The notes beneath the pieces are model-generated. The model had not been told where the DNA came from and made no database searches. It saw only the letters and a program-made list of their open reading frames with translations. Shown piece by piece: positions 1-14,666 of a stretch of 64,000 bases of DNA (its first letter is position 1; each line of letters starts with the position of its first letter). The stretch spans positions 37,728 through 101,727 of the forward strand of contig JAQGDQ010000753.1 in the NCBI GenBank assembly GCA_030141605.1, in the 5' to 3' direction. The DNA is from Tubiluchus corallicola. Its lineage: Eukaryota > Animalia > Priapulida. The position numbers and the translations under genes were made by a program.

Positions 1-120
<120 letters not shown>

Positions 121-146
121 TGAATAATAATTTTTCTCATAAATGA

Positions 147-710
147 ACTGTAAAAAAAATTTGATTGGGTGCTCAGACGGTAAAAAAAAATTTGATTGGG
201 TGCTCAGACTGTAAAAAGAAATTTGATTAGGTGCTCAGACTGTAAAAAGAAATTTGATTGGGTGCTCAAACGGTAAAAAGAAATTTGATTGGGTGCTCAG
301 ACGGTAGAAAGAAATTTGATTGGGTGCTCAGACGGTAAAAAAAAATTTGATTGGGTGCCCAGATGGTAGAAAGAAATTTGATTGGGTGCTCAGACGGTAA
401 AAAGAAATTTGATTGGGTGCTCAGACGGTAATAAGAAATTTGATTGGGTGCTCAGACGGTAATAAGAAATTTGATTGGGTGCTCAGACGGTAATAAGAAA
501 TTTGATTGGGCGCTCAGACGGTAAAAAGAAATGTGATTGGGTGTTCAGACGGTAAAAAGAAATGTGATTGGGTGTTCAGACGGTAAAAAGAAATATGACT
601 GGGTGCTCAGACGGTAAAAAGAGATTTGGCTGGGTGCTCAGACGGTAAAAAGAAATTTGACTGGGTGCTCAGACGGTAAAAAGAAATTTGATTAGTTGCT
701 GAGATGGTAA
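147..710. repeat. Minisatellite, 30-31 bp unit, about 18 copies
   Basis: gacggtaaaaagaaatttgattgggtgctca head-to-tail with no spacers, in a DHX38 intron. Confidence 0.95.
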
Positions 711-1255
711 CTAAAGTACTAGTTTTTATGATCAACACTGATAAAAAATTATGCTTTCAAATGTCGCAGTATTGGCTCTGTCTGTAAATTGACTGATTGG
801 AGTAAAATTCGATTTTTGATTCGGAATAACTTAACGTGGTAATTCAAACTCAAGTTCGTCCGCAAAAACTTATAAGTTAAACTGCAGCCAAAGCGTGGGT
901 GTGCTAGTGTGTGATGTAGTTTTTTGTTGTCAGAAATTTTCTGCAACAATTTGAATTTGTTTGAATAACGATTTCTATTAATTCACTCCAAATTTCGGTC
1001 AAGAGTAATCGAATAACTGAATTCTTGCTCAAGTGCAAATATTCGCCACCCAGCACTAAGCTTGTAAAAGTGTATGCAGATCTGTGATGATAATTTTCAA
1101 CTCGGATAAGCTCAAAGTTACAATAGATAAAGCACAGAGAACGGAAGATTAATTTACTGTTTTTTGCCATGAAGTTTATTGCTACATCCCGCGGCACCCG
1201 TGCGGAAAACAAAATATTCGAAATTAGCTTGTTATTCATAGTTTAGTTGGTTGTT

Positions 1256-2020
1256 AGTGGCCTGGTAATGTTTAGTGGTTGTCATAGTGAAATGTATACC
1301 ATAGAATGTTGTACTAACTTGTGTCTACATGGTAAATTTCAGTAAGCCTTTTCATAGTTTCTTTGTGCGCAACCGCAGTTGCTTTAGGTCAAAGGTTAAG
1401 TGTACCAGTGGCCTGGTAATGTTTAGTGTTATCGTAGTCAAATGTATACAATAGAATGTTGTACTAACCTGTGTCTACATGATAAATTTCAATAAGCCTT
1501 TTCATAGTTTCTTTGTGTGCAACCGCAGTTGCTGTAGGTCAAAGGTTAAGTGTACCAGTGGCCTGGTAATGTTTAGTGTTATCGTAGTCAAATGTATACA
1601 ATAGAAGGTTGTACTAACCTGTGTCTAGATGATAAATTTCAATAAGCCTTTTCATAGTTTCTTTGTGCGCAACCGCAGTTGCTGTAGGTGTATAGGTCAA
1701 AGGTTAAGTGTACCATAGCAACGCATCTTAACTACAATCATCACGTGACGTGTGGATAATGCAAAGCATTAGTACAGTACTTCAGTTGTCTTACGTAATT
1801 ATGCATTAGTCTGTGTGTAGAGTGATTTTCTAGCAGAATCTTGCTTGGAAACTGGAAAAAAATGAAGTAGGTAAGGTTCTAGCTAACTTTTAAAACTGTT
1901 ACTACTACAATAGTATGGGCTGTGAGGCATTATCAAGTGTGGACAAATGTGTTGTCTGGTACACTTAACCTTTGACCTTCTAACGATTATCATCAATCAC
2001 TGGAACTGTGAAAAGACTTA
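1256..2020. repeat. Dispersed repeat with one end triplicated as a 150-bp tandem; internal inverted aggtcaaaggttaagtgtacca motifs
   Basis: Three 150-bp units at 1257-1714; inverted motif at 1957-1978; reverse-oriented homologue at about 48285-48560. Confidence 0.75.
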
Positions 2021-2241
2021 CTGGCTGGTTAATCTGATACTTGCCAGAGAGCCTGGCTTCTAAGTTGATACCAATGTTCACAGGTTTCGTTATCCATATT
2101 TATAGCTTTTACAGTATATATAGTGCAGAAGTCAAATTTGAGAAGTTTATAGGCCTTTATGCAACTGGTTAACTCCTGTCATTCATGGTAATTTTTGTTC
2201 CTTGTATCATGCGCTGTTCAAAATCATCTGTGTTATTATAG

Positions 2242-2400
2242 GATCCTACTAGTGATATGGCTATTGTATCCCGGAAGGGATGTAGTGTCGTACGTCAGCA
2301 TCGGGAACAAAAAGAGCGGAAGAAGGGACAGCAAAAGCACTGGGAACTGGCCGGAACTCGCTTGGGCGACATCATGGGTGTAAAAAAAGACGAAGAAAAG
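2242..2400 (+). CDS. DHX38: DHX38 exon
   Basis: tag|[13 protein letters not shown]...[21 protein letters not shown]|gtttgt; phase 0/0. Confidence 0.93.
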
Positions 2401-2595
2401 GTTTGTATTGGCGCTTAATTTAAACAAGTTTTTACTGAAATCGATAAGGCTATGCTGTGGGTGGATGCTGTGAGCTTAAAAAGTATTACAGACATTACCT
2501 ATGTGTGGATGAATTTGTGTGGTATGAGTGGATAAGTAGTAGGTAACAGAATCAGCGTTGGTTTACTGGTAGCCTGCTATTAAGCATGCTGAGTC

Positions 2596-3105
2596 CAGGG
2601 ATGAGAATTTTCCGCGGATACCCGGAATTCCGAGTTTTTGGAAGACCATTAGTACCATTTTTGTAAATAGTGTAAATTCGTCGAGAAAATTTTTATGGAC
2701 CCTGTACGTTATTTCACAAGCTGACCGCTAGTTGGCAGGCCGTCACTTTGTTTACATCACGTACATCAGTGTAACCACATGTAGATCTCTATGTATAAAA
2801 ATATAGAATCAATTGTGCGGAGTTATTTGAGTCAATTGCAGACAGTTTTTATATACTTTTGCATAGGAGCGGTCAGTATTTAGGTGTTTTTGAGACAATT
2901 AGGTATCATGTATCCTTGATAGGTGGGTATTTTAAATTATGCATGAAACAAGGTAACCGATATTTTAAAGCCACTTAGAGGCTTTCTGTGGTCACAAAAT
3001 TGCAATTTGTTGCTTTGCCCCCTTGAACCTCCATGGGGGGCCTACGCGGCCCCCAAACCCCCGGCCTGTTTCAGAGTTTTTTGCAATTTGTCATTCTCAT
3101 CCCTG
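2596..3105. mobile_element. hAT-type MITE family A, copy 1
   Basis: TIR cagggatgagaat...attctcatccctg; perfect 8-bp TSD gctgagtc. Confidence 0.9.
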
Positions 3106-3227
3106 GCTGAGTCCCTTATTAAATCGTTGCAGTATTATAATGGGGGCAATCTTGCCCCCTCGGTCTTGCACTCAGTCTCACTAATTACCTACTGCAATCT
3201 TTAAAGCTTTGGTCGTTTCCAACAATA

Positions 3228-3677
3228 CAATCGTGACCAAAAGTTTAAGCCCACCTGTGATTACGACGTGAATTTTGAGCTTTTTTGGTATTCAATACCA
3301 TGCTGACAGGATAACAAGCACTGATGACGTCACAGCGAGGATGACGTCATCAAGTCAGAGACATATGCGCATGCGCAGTTGATCACTTATCCACTTACCT
3401 TTCATTAGAATTACCATCCAACATAATCAGACGACTGGGGAGGAAGCTACAGCCGAGAGAGCGTCTAAGACAATTCCCGCAACCCTAGTGATGACGTCAT
3501 CATCTCGTAAGTCCTGCGCATGCGCAACACAAACTGTCTTGTTTTCATTTACCTTCCTAATGACCCATCGTGTGTATGAATCAGTCCACCATGAGGGAAA
3601 ATATATGGTATTGAATACCAAGAAGTTCAAAACTCACGTCGTAATCACAGGTGGGCGTAAACTTTTGGCCACGACTG
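3228..3677. mobile_element. Tc1/mariner-type MITE
   Basis: ta|caatcgtgaccaaaagttt...aaacttttggccacgactg|ta; about 75-bp imperfect TIRs and TA TSD. Confidence 0.85.
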
Positions 3678-3896
3678 TACAGCAGCTGTGTTTGCACATT
3701 CTCAACACTTGTCTAATTATAGCTACGTTTTAATAGCTTATATTACATAATATATTAAATGTTTATAATCTGTAGAATTTCAAAATTTTCACCTTTTCTG
3801 CATTCTTAATATAATATTTCTTTTTTGTGTTTTTTGATGTAGATGTAACTATGGCTAAATGTTACAAAAATGAGTTTTGACTGAAAGTTTTAACCA

Positions 3897-4078
3897 CGGG
3901 TCATACCAAAGACTTTAAAAATGGTACCTGCTTTGCCCTGCCTGGCGCGTGGTATTTAGGGTAAAAGTGGGGTAATAATAGTCTCTGTTATGTAGTTGTA
4001 GGTTGTTATTTACAGTCGGCGATAATAGCTCTTTGAGCTAATGTTAATTGTTGACCCAAAAGCCGACTTTGAATAAAG

Positions 4079-4155
<77 letters not shown>
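3897..4155 (+). mobile_element. 5'-truncated SINE with Meta-domain-like core and (TAT)n tail
   Basis: cgggtcataccaaagactttaaaaatggtacctgct...cctggcgc resembles the Meta-SINE core as I recall it; aataaa then about 25 TAT units. Confidence 0.6.
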
Positions 4156-4688
4156 GTAATGATAGTCTCCATAAACTCATATACTTACATTTTCTTCATC
4201 ATTGCTGTCTGTTATGGAAAATTGTGTTATGGTTTCATGTCCATGTTAATATTGGCATCCATAATTAAATATAACATGCCATTGTATATTTTGTTTACAG
4301 CCTGCAATGTGCCAGAGTACAAAATATAATAATGCTTCAATAGTATGCAACTGTAGTGTAAGATTCAGAATTAAGCTCTTTATTTACAGTGTTTTAGGTT
4401 CTTTAAGAGTACACTTTTTGTGATATGTATATATAAAAACAATATATTATCAAATTTTGTAAACTACAGTCGAAGGCTTAACCTTTCAAGAAAAATACAA
4501 AATTCAAGTCATATACTTATCAGGAAATTGTTGTATTTGATTATTGTTAGTGACTTTTCACTCCAGGATGCATAAGGCTACTATCCTTATATAAAATTCC
4601 TAATTTGTACCTTTGTTTGTATATACTTGTTGCTACATGTGCCATCTCGATTTCAGATGCGAATAAAATATAGTAGTAGTAGTTGTTG

Positions 4689-4689
4689 T

Positions 4690-4769
<80 letters not shown>

Positions 4770-4783
4770 CAGCAGCAGCAGCA
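4689..4783. repeat. (CAG)n microsatellite flanked by (TAG)n
   Basis: Direct reading; intronic. Confidence 0.95.
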
Positions 4784-5559
4784 GTAGTAGTAAGTAATAT
4801 GATGTTAGCTATTTCTTGCTACTTTGCACTTTGAACACTGATCAATCTTATGTACGTTTGTGTTGCGTTACTATGTACGTTTCTATTGCGTTTTGCTGCC
4901 CTACACGTGCACATGTTTCATACATATGATTTTAGCGTGTTCTCTCGCAATCTTTTGTTTCTGGTGCTGTGCATCATTCTACTTCAATAATCACACACAA
5001 AAAACATTAACATAATTTCTGTTTTTTTTTGGCATATTGTTTAATGTTTTTATACTTCCCTGACTTTCCAAGAGTTTGAGTCTTATGCAATAGTTGAGCA
5101 ACTGCCATAATTATTATAATAATGTTGAGGTGTTTGGCTCAGTGTTTGTCAAAATTTGTGCTTATTATTGTAAAATTGTGGAAATTCATATTATTTAAAG
5201 CTGGATTGGTATGTATGCTTAGTTTTTGTATTAGATTTACTTTGCTTATTGCAGGAAACTTTACTGTAAGTTATTGTGTTTCATAATAAGCGGGTGATAT
5301 TGTCTTCAACATTTTCTGCTCTGACTCACTCACTGTCATTTCTGTTTTGTGTATATCAGCATGCGTTTTTTATGTTGTAACTTTTAATATTGTACATTAA
5401 TTTCATCATTCATATTTGATCCAATGATTAATGCTATCAATCCTGGTGTGTACCTGTCAGAGAACTAGCGCAGTAAAGAATTCTGTTAAATTAACCTTCA
5501 ACTTACCTACCACTTTTTGCAAACCTTTAAGAAAAGGATAGTAAAATATATACGATAAA

Positions 5560-6105
5560 ATATGATATGATATGATATGATATGATACGATACGATACGA
5601 TACGATACGATATGATAAAATATGATATAATATGATATGATATGATACGATAAAATATGATTAATATGATATGATATGATATGATATGATATGATATGAT
5701 AGGATAGGATAGGATAGGATAGGATAGGATAGGATAGGATAGGATAGGATAGGATAGGATAGGATAGGATAGGATACGATACGATACGATATACTATACT
5801 ATAATATAATATAATATAATATAATATAACATAATATAATATAATATAAAGAATACAATACAATGCAATGCAATACAATGCAATGCAGTGCAGTGCAATG
5901 CACTAAACTGCACTACACTACACTACACTACACTACACTACACTACACTACACTACACTACACTACACTACACTACACTACACTACAATACAATACAATA
6001 CAATACAATACAATACAATACAATACAATACAATACAATACAATACAGTACAACACAACACAACACAACACAACACAACACAACAACACAACACAATATA
6101 ATATA
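5560..6105. repeat. Compound pentanucleotide microsatellite
   Basis: Blocks of gatat, gatac, gatag, taata, caatg, cacta, caata and caaca. Confidence 0.95.
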
Positions 6106-6543
6106 AAATTGTAGAAAAAGGAAAACAAGCAGGTGGCTCTTATTTCAGTCAGTTTTAAAAATAATAATTAATTTTATGTTCGAATGCAGTGTGAACAGTT
6201 TTTATTAGCGTGCAAAGACGTTAATTCAAGCACATGCTCGTATGACATATAGTCACATTTCGTACACTTGCACAGTATACGATAGCAGTTATACATGACG
6301 TTCTTTTATTATAAGTAGACCTTTCTTAAAATAAATTCTTGGCATGTTACTATATTAGTCAACTATGCAAACTTTCTATAAATATTTTGCACTAAAAGAT
6401 TTTATTTCAATAAAATAGTTCAAATTTTTTTCCACCGTAAAAGTTACGGTTGCCATGGGAAGAAAGCAGTGGGAAAATTTATTCCCCATCCAGTATTTGA
6501 ACCTGGTGCTTCTACTTAGAAATTACTTGTTGTTTTCATGTAG

Positions 6544-6783
6544 GATGAAAAAGTTGAGGAGGATGGTGGAGTGGATTACAGGAAAGAACACAAGTATGCG
6601 GATCACATGGACGTGCACATGGAGGCCTCCAGCGACTTCGCCAAGAAGAAGACACTTCAGCAACAGCGAGAGTACCTTCCCATTTTTGCCGTCCGTCAGC
6701 AACTGCTGAACATCATCCGGGATAACAGTGTAGTGGTAGTAGTGGGAGAAACGGGAAGCGGGAAGACTACTCAATTAACACAG
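6544..6783 (+). CDS. DHX38: DHX38 exon with Walker A
   Basis: tag|[14 protein letters not shown]...[11 protein letters not shown]...[13 protein letters not shown]|gtaagc. Confidence 0.96.
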
Positions 6784-6899
6784 GTAAGCACGTTCGGATC
6801 TTCTTGCTTTTTTAAATGTCTTTCAGTCACTAAAAATCAGAAGTGGGTACTAAGCAAGGTTAGCCATTTTTTACAAGCAATTCTCAGTAAGGTCTATGA

Positions 6900-7844
6900 C
6901 AGGGGTGTGCAAATTGCGGCCCGCCGAGAGAATTTGTGCGGTGCGCGAAGAGATTTGTCAACCTAATGAAAGTGCGGCCCGGGCGATTAATTGAGTGTAT
7001 CTAGCTGAAGTCCGCGCCACGATCCCAAAGATAGTGAGGGCAGTTTTTTCTACTAGATTGGATGCCATTAACCCTTACAAAACAGTTGTAGCTTAATGTC
7101 ACTGTCGGACATGACAAAATTACATGTTGCTCACTTGGAACACAAAAGAGCGATGTAATCACAGAACACAGTAAACTATCACGGAAGCCGCCATTGAAAT
7201 GCTCAAATGTGCAAGAAATGCGAAAAGCAATCTGATTGGCTGGTAGGAAGACCAACCAGCCAATCTCTAGGCGTTTATTATCGGGGCTGCTGATCTGCTC
7301 AGTCGTCTTCTTGGTCACAGCAGGCAGATCATTTTGACTTGGTTGTTTTACAAAATAAATTATAAATAAAATTATAAAATAGCCAAGAATAACCAATGGT
7401 CACCCCTGATTTAGGGGGATTCCCAGATTTTAGTTTCTGCTTAACTGCTTAGGCTCAGTAGTACATGCCTTGATCAGTGGCTGTTTCATCGTTTCATCAG
7501 ATGTAGTGTTTTTATAGATCAGAAACATGGATAAGAAAAGGGGAAAATCAAAGAACATGGAGTCAAGGCAGGTTAATATGCACTGTACTACACAGACTGT
7601 GTGATACACATTACTAATATGCATCTGTCCTGAAAGTAGAAATATATGGTTTGTAATATAAATTTTAATAACTTCTAAAATAGTTTCTTGAGTGTAGTAG
7701 TAATAATGTACGCAGGTCGGATGCAAAAAAAAATCGTTATTAGGCCTTTCTGTACTTGGCTCCTTGATCAAACTGCCTGTGGCCCACAGGAATTGCGGGA
7801 AAGTTTAATGTGGCCCGGCTAGTCAGATAATTTGCACACCCCTG
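6900..7844. mobile_element. hAT (Charlie-like) non-autonomous element, family B
   Basis: TIR caggggtgtgcaaatt...aatttgcacacccctg; TSD gtctatga/gtctagga. Confidence 0.9.
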
Positions 7845-8069
7845 GTCTAGGATATTGTTGTGCAAAAGTTGTCAAATTGATTTTTGTTGCAATAATGTAA
7901 CGCAAAATTAAAGAGATTGTTCGAAAGACAGTTTAAACAGTAAAAGTTATTGAATGACAACATTTTGACTTACAGTTCATGCCAGTTTTTGTTTTTTTTT
8001 ATGTCAGCAGTGCAGTTCAGTTGCAAAGACAATCTAGTGTTAAATTATAAAGGTTTAAAATCGTCACAT

Positions 8070-8521
8070 CAGGGATGAGAAATTTCCGTGGCTACGCGGA
8101 ATTCCGAGTTTTTGGAAGACCAGTAGAGCCATTTTTGTAAATCGCGTAAATTCGTTGAGAAAATTTTTACGGACCCAGTACATTATTTCACAAGCTGACC
8201 ACTAGTTGGCAGGCCGTCACTTTGTTTACATCAGTGTAACCACGTGTATATCTCTATGTATAAAAATATAGAATCAATTGTGCGGAGTTATTTGAGTCAA
8301 TTGCAGACAGTTTTTATATACTTTTGCACAGGAGCTGCCAGTACTTAGGCGTTTTTGAGACAATTAGGTATCATGCATCCTTGATAGTTGGATATTTTGA
8401 ATTATGCACGAAACAAGGTAATTGATATTTTAAGTCCACTTAGAGGTTCTCTATGGCCTACGCGGCCCCCAACCCCCCGGCCTGTTTTAGAGTTTTTTAC
8501 AATTTGTCATTCTCATCCCTG
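8070..8521. mobile_element. hAT-type MITE family A, copy 2
   Basis: Same TIRs and body; degenerate TSD cgtcacat/ggttacat. Confidence 0.88.
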
Positions 8522-8943
8522 GGTTACATATTGGTATTTGCATCATCTATAATGGCGGAGGTTGGTATGCTGTGTTGTAACCTTTTGTCACAATGCGAAA
8601 TAATCAATCTTTTGTCCCATTGACTCTCGAAAATCAGAAATTGTGCTGTTACTTAATTCACAAGGGCAGCATCTAAGTAGAATAAATTTTATTTTCAGTT
8701 ATCTAAGCATCTGTTTACTGTCACTAGTTTAGTAAGCAATTAAGCTGCCTAATGAGGGAACTCGAATTCAAGTGTCGAGTTTAGATACTAATCTGCCTTC
8801 TTAACACGGAGTAGTCAAATAGGAGCATGTTGGGAATTGTTTTCAATACATTAGCTCTTAAGAAATGACTTTTTTGCATAATTTGCACTAATTTTTTATG
8901 AATTATTTTAGTTTCTGGTCTGTGTGTGCAATTCAGAAACTAA

Positions 8944-9294
<351 letters not shown>

Positions 9295-11453
9295 TAAAGA
9301 CAAACTCAAGTTTTTTCATTCGTTCATTTAAGGGCCAGTTCCAGCAAGATACAAGTTGATCTCCTTATATCTTTCTGCTTATGGTCATCATAATCACTTA
9401 GCAGATTCCCATAGAAGTAATTACAAAACTTGCAAAGTGCCGCATCTGTTTCTACAGCCGAGCAATGATTACATCACCTTGCTTTGAACCCCATGGGCAG
9501 GAATGTATATAATGTCGCTTATTATGCAGAGTACGTGATTGTAGTATTATGTGAGCCATTTAATTGTCAGTCTGCTACAGTAAAGTACTGAATTAGTCTA
9601 TGCTGCCATCTACAGTCGTTGTTTTACTCTAATTGTACAAAGTTTGTTAGAGATTGATTTTTGTTTCTAAATATTGTTTCCTTTTGCTTTTATAGATATT
9701 CATTAATCAGAGTAATTAGATTGTTAATTTCATGCTTTAATTCTGGTTCTAACTCTCTTATTCAAGTTTAAATAGAGAAAAAGTATAACATTATAACACA
9801 GCTTTCTGTAAACCAATAATCTTTATTCTGCTATCAAAGAAGCCAAGTAGACTGTGATTTTGGTTTAACTAGTAGTCTGTAGAGTATGGGTGACCTTTCC
9901 ATTTATGGTCTGTCTGCATGAATGTAATGTACCTTCCAATAGGAACTTGAATCTCTGGTCATGTGATTACAGCTTTATTCTCTCAGGCATGCAAGTTTCA
10001 GTTGATCTAGAGACAGCATTGAGAAAGGATGTAAAATTTCTACTGTAAAATATTATATTGCTAACTTTATGACTGTTTGTTCAATTTTATGGTCTGTGAA
10101 CATTGTATACGTTTTACAATAAAATGATTGCAAATTTCTACAAATACCATCATTTTCGTCAGCGTATCCATACAAGATCTTAATTTAAATAATTTAAATT
10201 ATAATTTAAACATTTTGAAAACTTATCGAGGTTGGAGAAAGGCCATGAAACATTGGAAGCTGAATAAAATTTTTGAATTAAAAAAACTCAAACTGAATAC
10301 TTTATATATTTGAATCCGTATATAACAAAATTATCTTTCTTTACCGAAAAATTAAAAATTCGCAAGACCTTCCTAGGCCATTGTGTAGCCAGTAACATAA
10401 TCGTATCCTAAATCTGACAGAAGCACCCAAACACTGTAAGTGAAATGAAATCTTTTTCTTTCTGTTTTGCATATTTTGTTTGGTAATTTATTTGATATCA
10501 TGTCTTAAACTATAATCACTCTACATTACATATCACTCTTTTACAAACAAATTACATAACGCGTGTTTGCTAGATGTAAGTGCACTGTTGGAGCAACGTG
10601 ATGTCACACTGCAAACAGAGCTGCAGCTTTACTATGCTTGGCTAACTGGACGGCATTTCTGATTAGTACAAATTTACCATAAACCCGTACTGAGTTTTCT
10701 GAGAGCATATTGTATTTTAACCGGAAACAACCTTTACGCTCTTCTGTTAATAATACATGTGCAAAGATTTAGACGAAACTATTCTTCCTGTAGAATATAC
10801 AGTATTGTCTTTCTATAATCTATTATCTTTCTTCCTACCATTTCCACTAACACATCCCTCTACCCTTCCTGTGTGATCTAACCTTTCTCCCAGTTCTTTT
10901 TTTTGTTCACTCATCCATTCTTTTTTTATCGGGTTCACATGACAGTGGGCTTATACAAGCCTTTGCTTCTCTAGCCCACTGCAGTACAATTATTCTTTTA
11001 TGATAACGATAGTGTATGAAACATAACAATTTAATACAGTATGATGTAATAATTTTGATGTCACTGTGTGCTTAATGTCATTATATTGTACTGAATGTGA
11101 TAAAATAATAATAAATATTGAGGTCTCGCAGGATAGTTGCGATTACTTTCTGAAAAGTCGTTTAGTCCTTTACCTGGGCCTCTGCAAATTTCCTTGCTTT
11201 TTGATGTCTTTGTCTCAGGACTTGAAGTAGGTATTGAAGTAGCTTGTTGCATACTTTTTTGCTTAGAAATCTTATTTTCTGTAGCTCAGTAGGTACTATA
11301 CCTTATTTGAAAGCATTGAGTTACTAGCAAAGTTACTGAGGATTATTGTTACGATCTGATTACTTTCTTTGTAGAGAAAGCTGCCTTCTCTGTGTTTAAA
11401 TTTAGCACCTTCACTATCACATTCTTATATTTTAATAATTAATTTTAATCTAA

Positions 11454-11955
11454 TACTACGGGCAAATCACGTTGGAAACACCGGTTCTCATCTGATAACT
11501 GAAGTTGAGCAACGTAGAGCCTGGTTAGTGTTTGGATGGGTGACCGCCTAGGAATACCAGGTGCTGTAGGTTTCTGGGATGCCCACACTGTATCTCGACA
11601 CTAGGCCGAGGAGTTGCACAAGCAGCCAACAGCTAGAGGGCGGAGAAGGTCAAGTGACCCAATCGCCATGTGTAGAGGAGTAAACCTTCCAAATGCTCAC
11701 TGACTCCGGCAGCTCCTGCAGCCAACCTGGTGCCAAACGTATCGCTCCGCTTTCCTTTGGACTACACCAGGGAGGAAGAGAGGGGGTTCCTGAGGTCTGG
11801 GCAACTCAGAATCTCCATACACCTGGCCCAGGCATGCGCCCTGGAAAGGACTGCTCAGCCACAGTCGACGCTGCAGCTCCATCAATGTGATCAATAACTG
11901 ACTCTCTTGGCACACACTCCATTGTCTTCCGAGACAGAAGGATGCCAACAACAAC
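11454..11955 (+). mobile_element. 5S rRNA-derived SINE (SINE3) with RTE-type 3' end, copy 1
   Basis: About 120-nt 5S-like head, shared body with two internal deletions, (CAA)n tail, 13-bp TSD aattttaatctaa. Confidence 0.9.
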
Positions 11956-12081
11956 AATTTTAATCTAAATTTATTATATTGTCAGTCTGCAATTTTGATG
12001 TAATGTATTTTAACATTCATAATACTGTATTTTTAATCAACTTTGTTTATCTAACAGTTATTAAAGTGAATTTTGTTTTAG

Positions 12082-12336
<255 letters not shown>

Positions 12337-12344
12337 TAATAAAG

Positions 12345-12875
12345 ATGATTTAGATATATTATGACAATGTTCAATTTACTATGGCAGGGCAAATAAATTA
12401 CTCATGAAATTTACTCACTGTTCAGTTAACGTGAAGAGACAATTGTTTAATACTTACTGCACTACTTTTTATTGTATGTCCACTTGGAGACATTTTTATT
12501 CTTACAATCTTAGCAAACTCAAGGTTGCATATAATGTATCAACACAGAAGCTGTTTAACTTTTCAAATGATACGAGCGCTAGATATATTTCTACTAGACT
12601 TAATCTTATTTATTTTGATGCGATTCACAGAAAATGTGCATACAGTTTATACGTCAGGCTAAATAACAGTGAAAATTTTATATGCAAGAACATTTTAAAC
12701 AGTGATGCAAACTTTACTTCTGTAATTAGATGTCTTTGGCGTAGTTTGTTAATCGTTAATTGTTATTTGTGTTATTGTTGTGTGTCATGATTTATTGTAT
12801 TATTTGTATTAATTTGTGATGTGTATATGAACTTTGTAAAGTTTGAAATAAAATATTAAATCTAAAATCTAATCT
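12345..12875 (+). mobile_element. 3' fragment of a non-LTR retrotransposon (C-terminal ORF part, 3'UTR, tail)
   Basis: ...RANKLLMKFTHCSVNVKRQLFNTYCTTFYCMSTW...KLKVAYN...SA motif typical of LINE RT C-termini (clade uncertain); aataaa and (atcta)n-like tail. Confidence 0.7.
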
Positions 12876-13732
12876 AATAATGCCACACATAATAAAACTA
12901 GCCACATTTTAGAAACATTACGGCACGTGTCCGGAATTACCACAATGGAAACTATTGTTAAAGGAATACCAGATGATTGTTTAGACTCAATCTCATTTTA
13001 ATTTACTTCCAAAATATACATTTTCTCCCCTATAAAAGTTAACAATTGTTTCTTATATTTGAATAATTTGCTTAATGGCAACCGAACACAGCTATTGCTT
13101 ACATCAGAAACTAATCACAGTTTGTGCAAAGGCAAGCATCTTCCCTTGCTCGTCAAGCACGTTTCGCAAGTGATACTGCTTAAACGTGTGATGTCACGAA
13201 AATGGGCTCTACGTCATACGATGTCAGAAACTAACACCGCCAGTTCAAGTTCATGGTTATCACGGTAACGCCTTCTATTTATCGGCCATGTGCACGTGAC
13301 AGAAGCGCGCCGCTGCCAATTTTAATAGATTCACTGAGCTGCGCATAGCTTTGAAAGGTTAGCAGAATTTAAGCATCTGAGGTAATTATTATTTAATCAA
13401 AGTTTTGGTTTAGAAAAAGAGCATTCTTTATCCTGAACTTTGTCTATGCAATCATCCGGTTTTCCTGTAAGTAAATTTGGGTAACAAAATTAGTGCACCG
13501 TTCAGTAACAGGCAACAAAAACATTAGTGAAATGAAAAATTAATATCTATTTCTCGTAATTTGCCAATTTTTTAAGATACGCAGTTGAAAATTTAAATAC
13601 GCAGTTGAAAATTTAAATGCTGTTTACCTCAACTGTTTCACTGTTATTTCTCAATAATAAATGTAAGATATGTTGCTGCTGATTTCTTACTGAAAAATTC
13701 TAAAAAAAAAGTTTTCGTTATTTCCTGGAAAG

Positions 13733-13943
13733 GTTGTTGCTCGCAGGCAGGATCTCAAGCTCATTGTGACTTCGGCAACGATGGATGCCACAAAGTTCTC
13801 CATGTTTTTTGGCAACGTGCCACAGTACAAGATCCCCGGCCGGACTTTTCCGGTGGAAATCTTCTTCAGCAAGAATGTGGTGGAGGATTACGTAGATGGA
13901 GCTGTCAAGCAGGCTCTTCAGATCCATCTGCAACCGTGGGAAG
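13733..13943 (+). CDS. DHX38: DHX38 exon (SAT motif III)
   Basis: aag|[22 protein letters not shown]...IPGRTFPV...[10 protein letters not shown]|gtagga. Confidence 0.95.
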
Positions 13944-13958
13944 GTAGGATAACATTTA

Positions 13959-14458
13959 CAGGGATGAGAATTTTCCGCGGAATTTCGAGTTTTTGGAAGA
14001 CCAGTAGTGCCATTTTTGTAAATCGCGTAAATTTGTTGAGAAAATTTATACGGACCCAGTACATTATTTCACAAACTGACCGCTAGTTGGCAGGCCGTCA
14101 CTTTGTTTACATCACGTACATCAGTGTAACCACTTGTATATCTCTGTGTAGAAAAATATAGAATCAATTGTGCAGAGTTATTTGAGTCAATTGCAGACAG
14201 TTTTTATATACTTTGCATTGGAGCGGCCAGTACTTAGGCGTTTTTGAAACAATTAGGCATCATGTATCCTTGATAGTTGGGTATTTTAAATTATGCATGA
14301 AACAAGGTAATTGATATTGTAAGTCCACTTAGAGGCTCTCAATGGTCACAAAATTGCAATTTGTTGCTGGCTCCCTTTGAACTCCATTGGGGGCCTAGGT
14401 GGCCCCAAAACCCTCGGCCTGTTTCAGAGTTTTTTACAATTTGTCATTCTCATCCCTG
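13959..14458. mobile_element. hAT-type MITE family A, copy 3
   Basis: Same TIRs and body; cattta on both flanks; inserted 15 nt into the intron. Confidence 0.88.
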
Positions 14459-14666
14459 CATTTAAGAATTTGTCATCTAATTCATATTGATGCAATAACA
14501 GTTTTACTTAATTAGCTTTTATTCTTTATCTTGCCTTTGAATGGAACAGTTTCAGTGCAGTCTCAATTCAATGCTTACCAAAGCCTCATTTTAGCAACTA
14601 AAATACTTGTTTCAGCAACTTGGCATTCTGTTTCGTCAAATTATAGCAACCGTTTTTTCTTCTTTA

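Noticed and set aside
147-710. CRISPR-like array of about 31-bp repeats
   Set aside because: Units are directly adjacent with no unique spacers; eukaryotic intron; no cas genes.
4048-6114. Poly-Tyr, poly-Gln and (HYTTL/QYNTI)n ORFs
   Set aside because: Translations of intronic microsatellites with no splice context.
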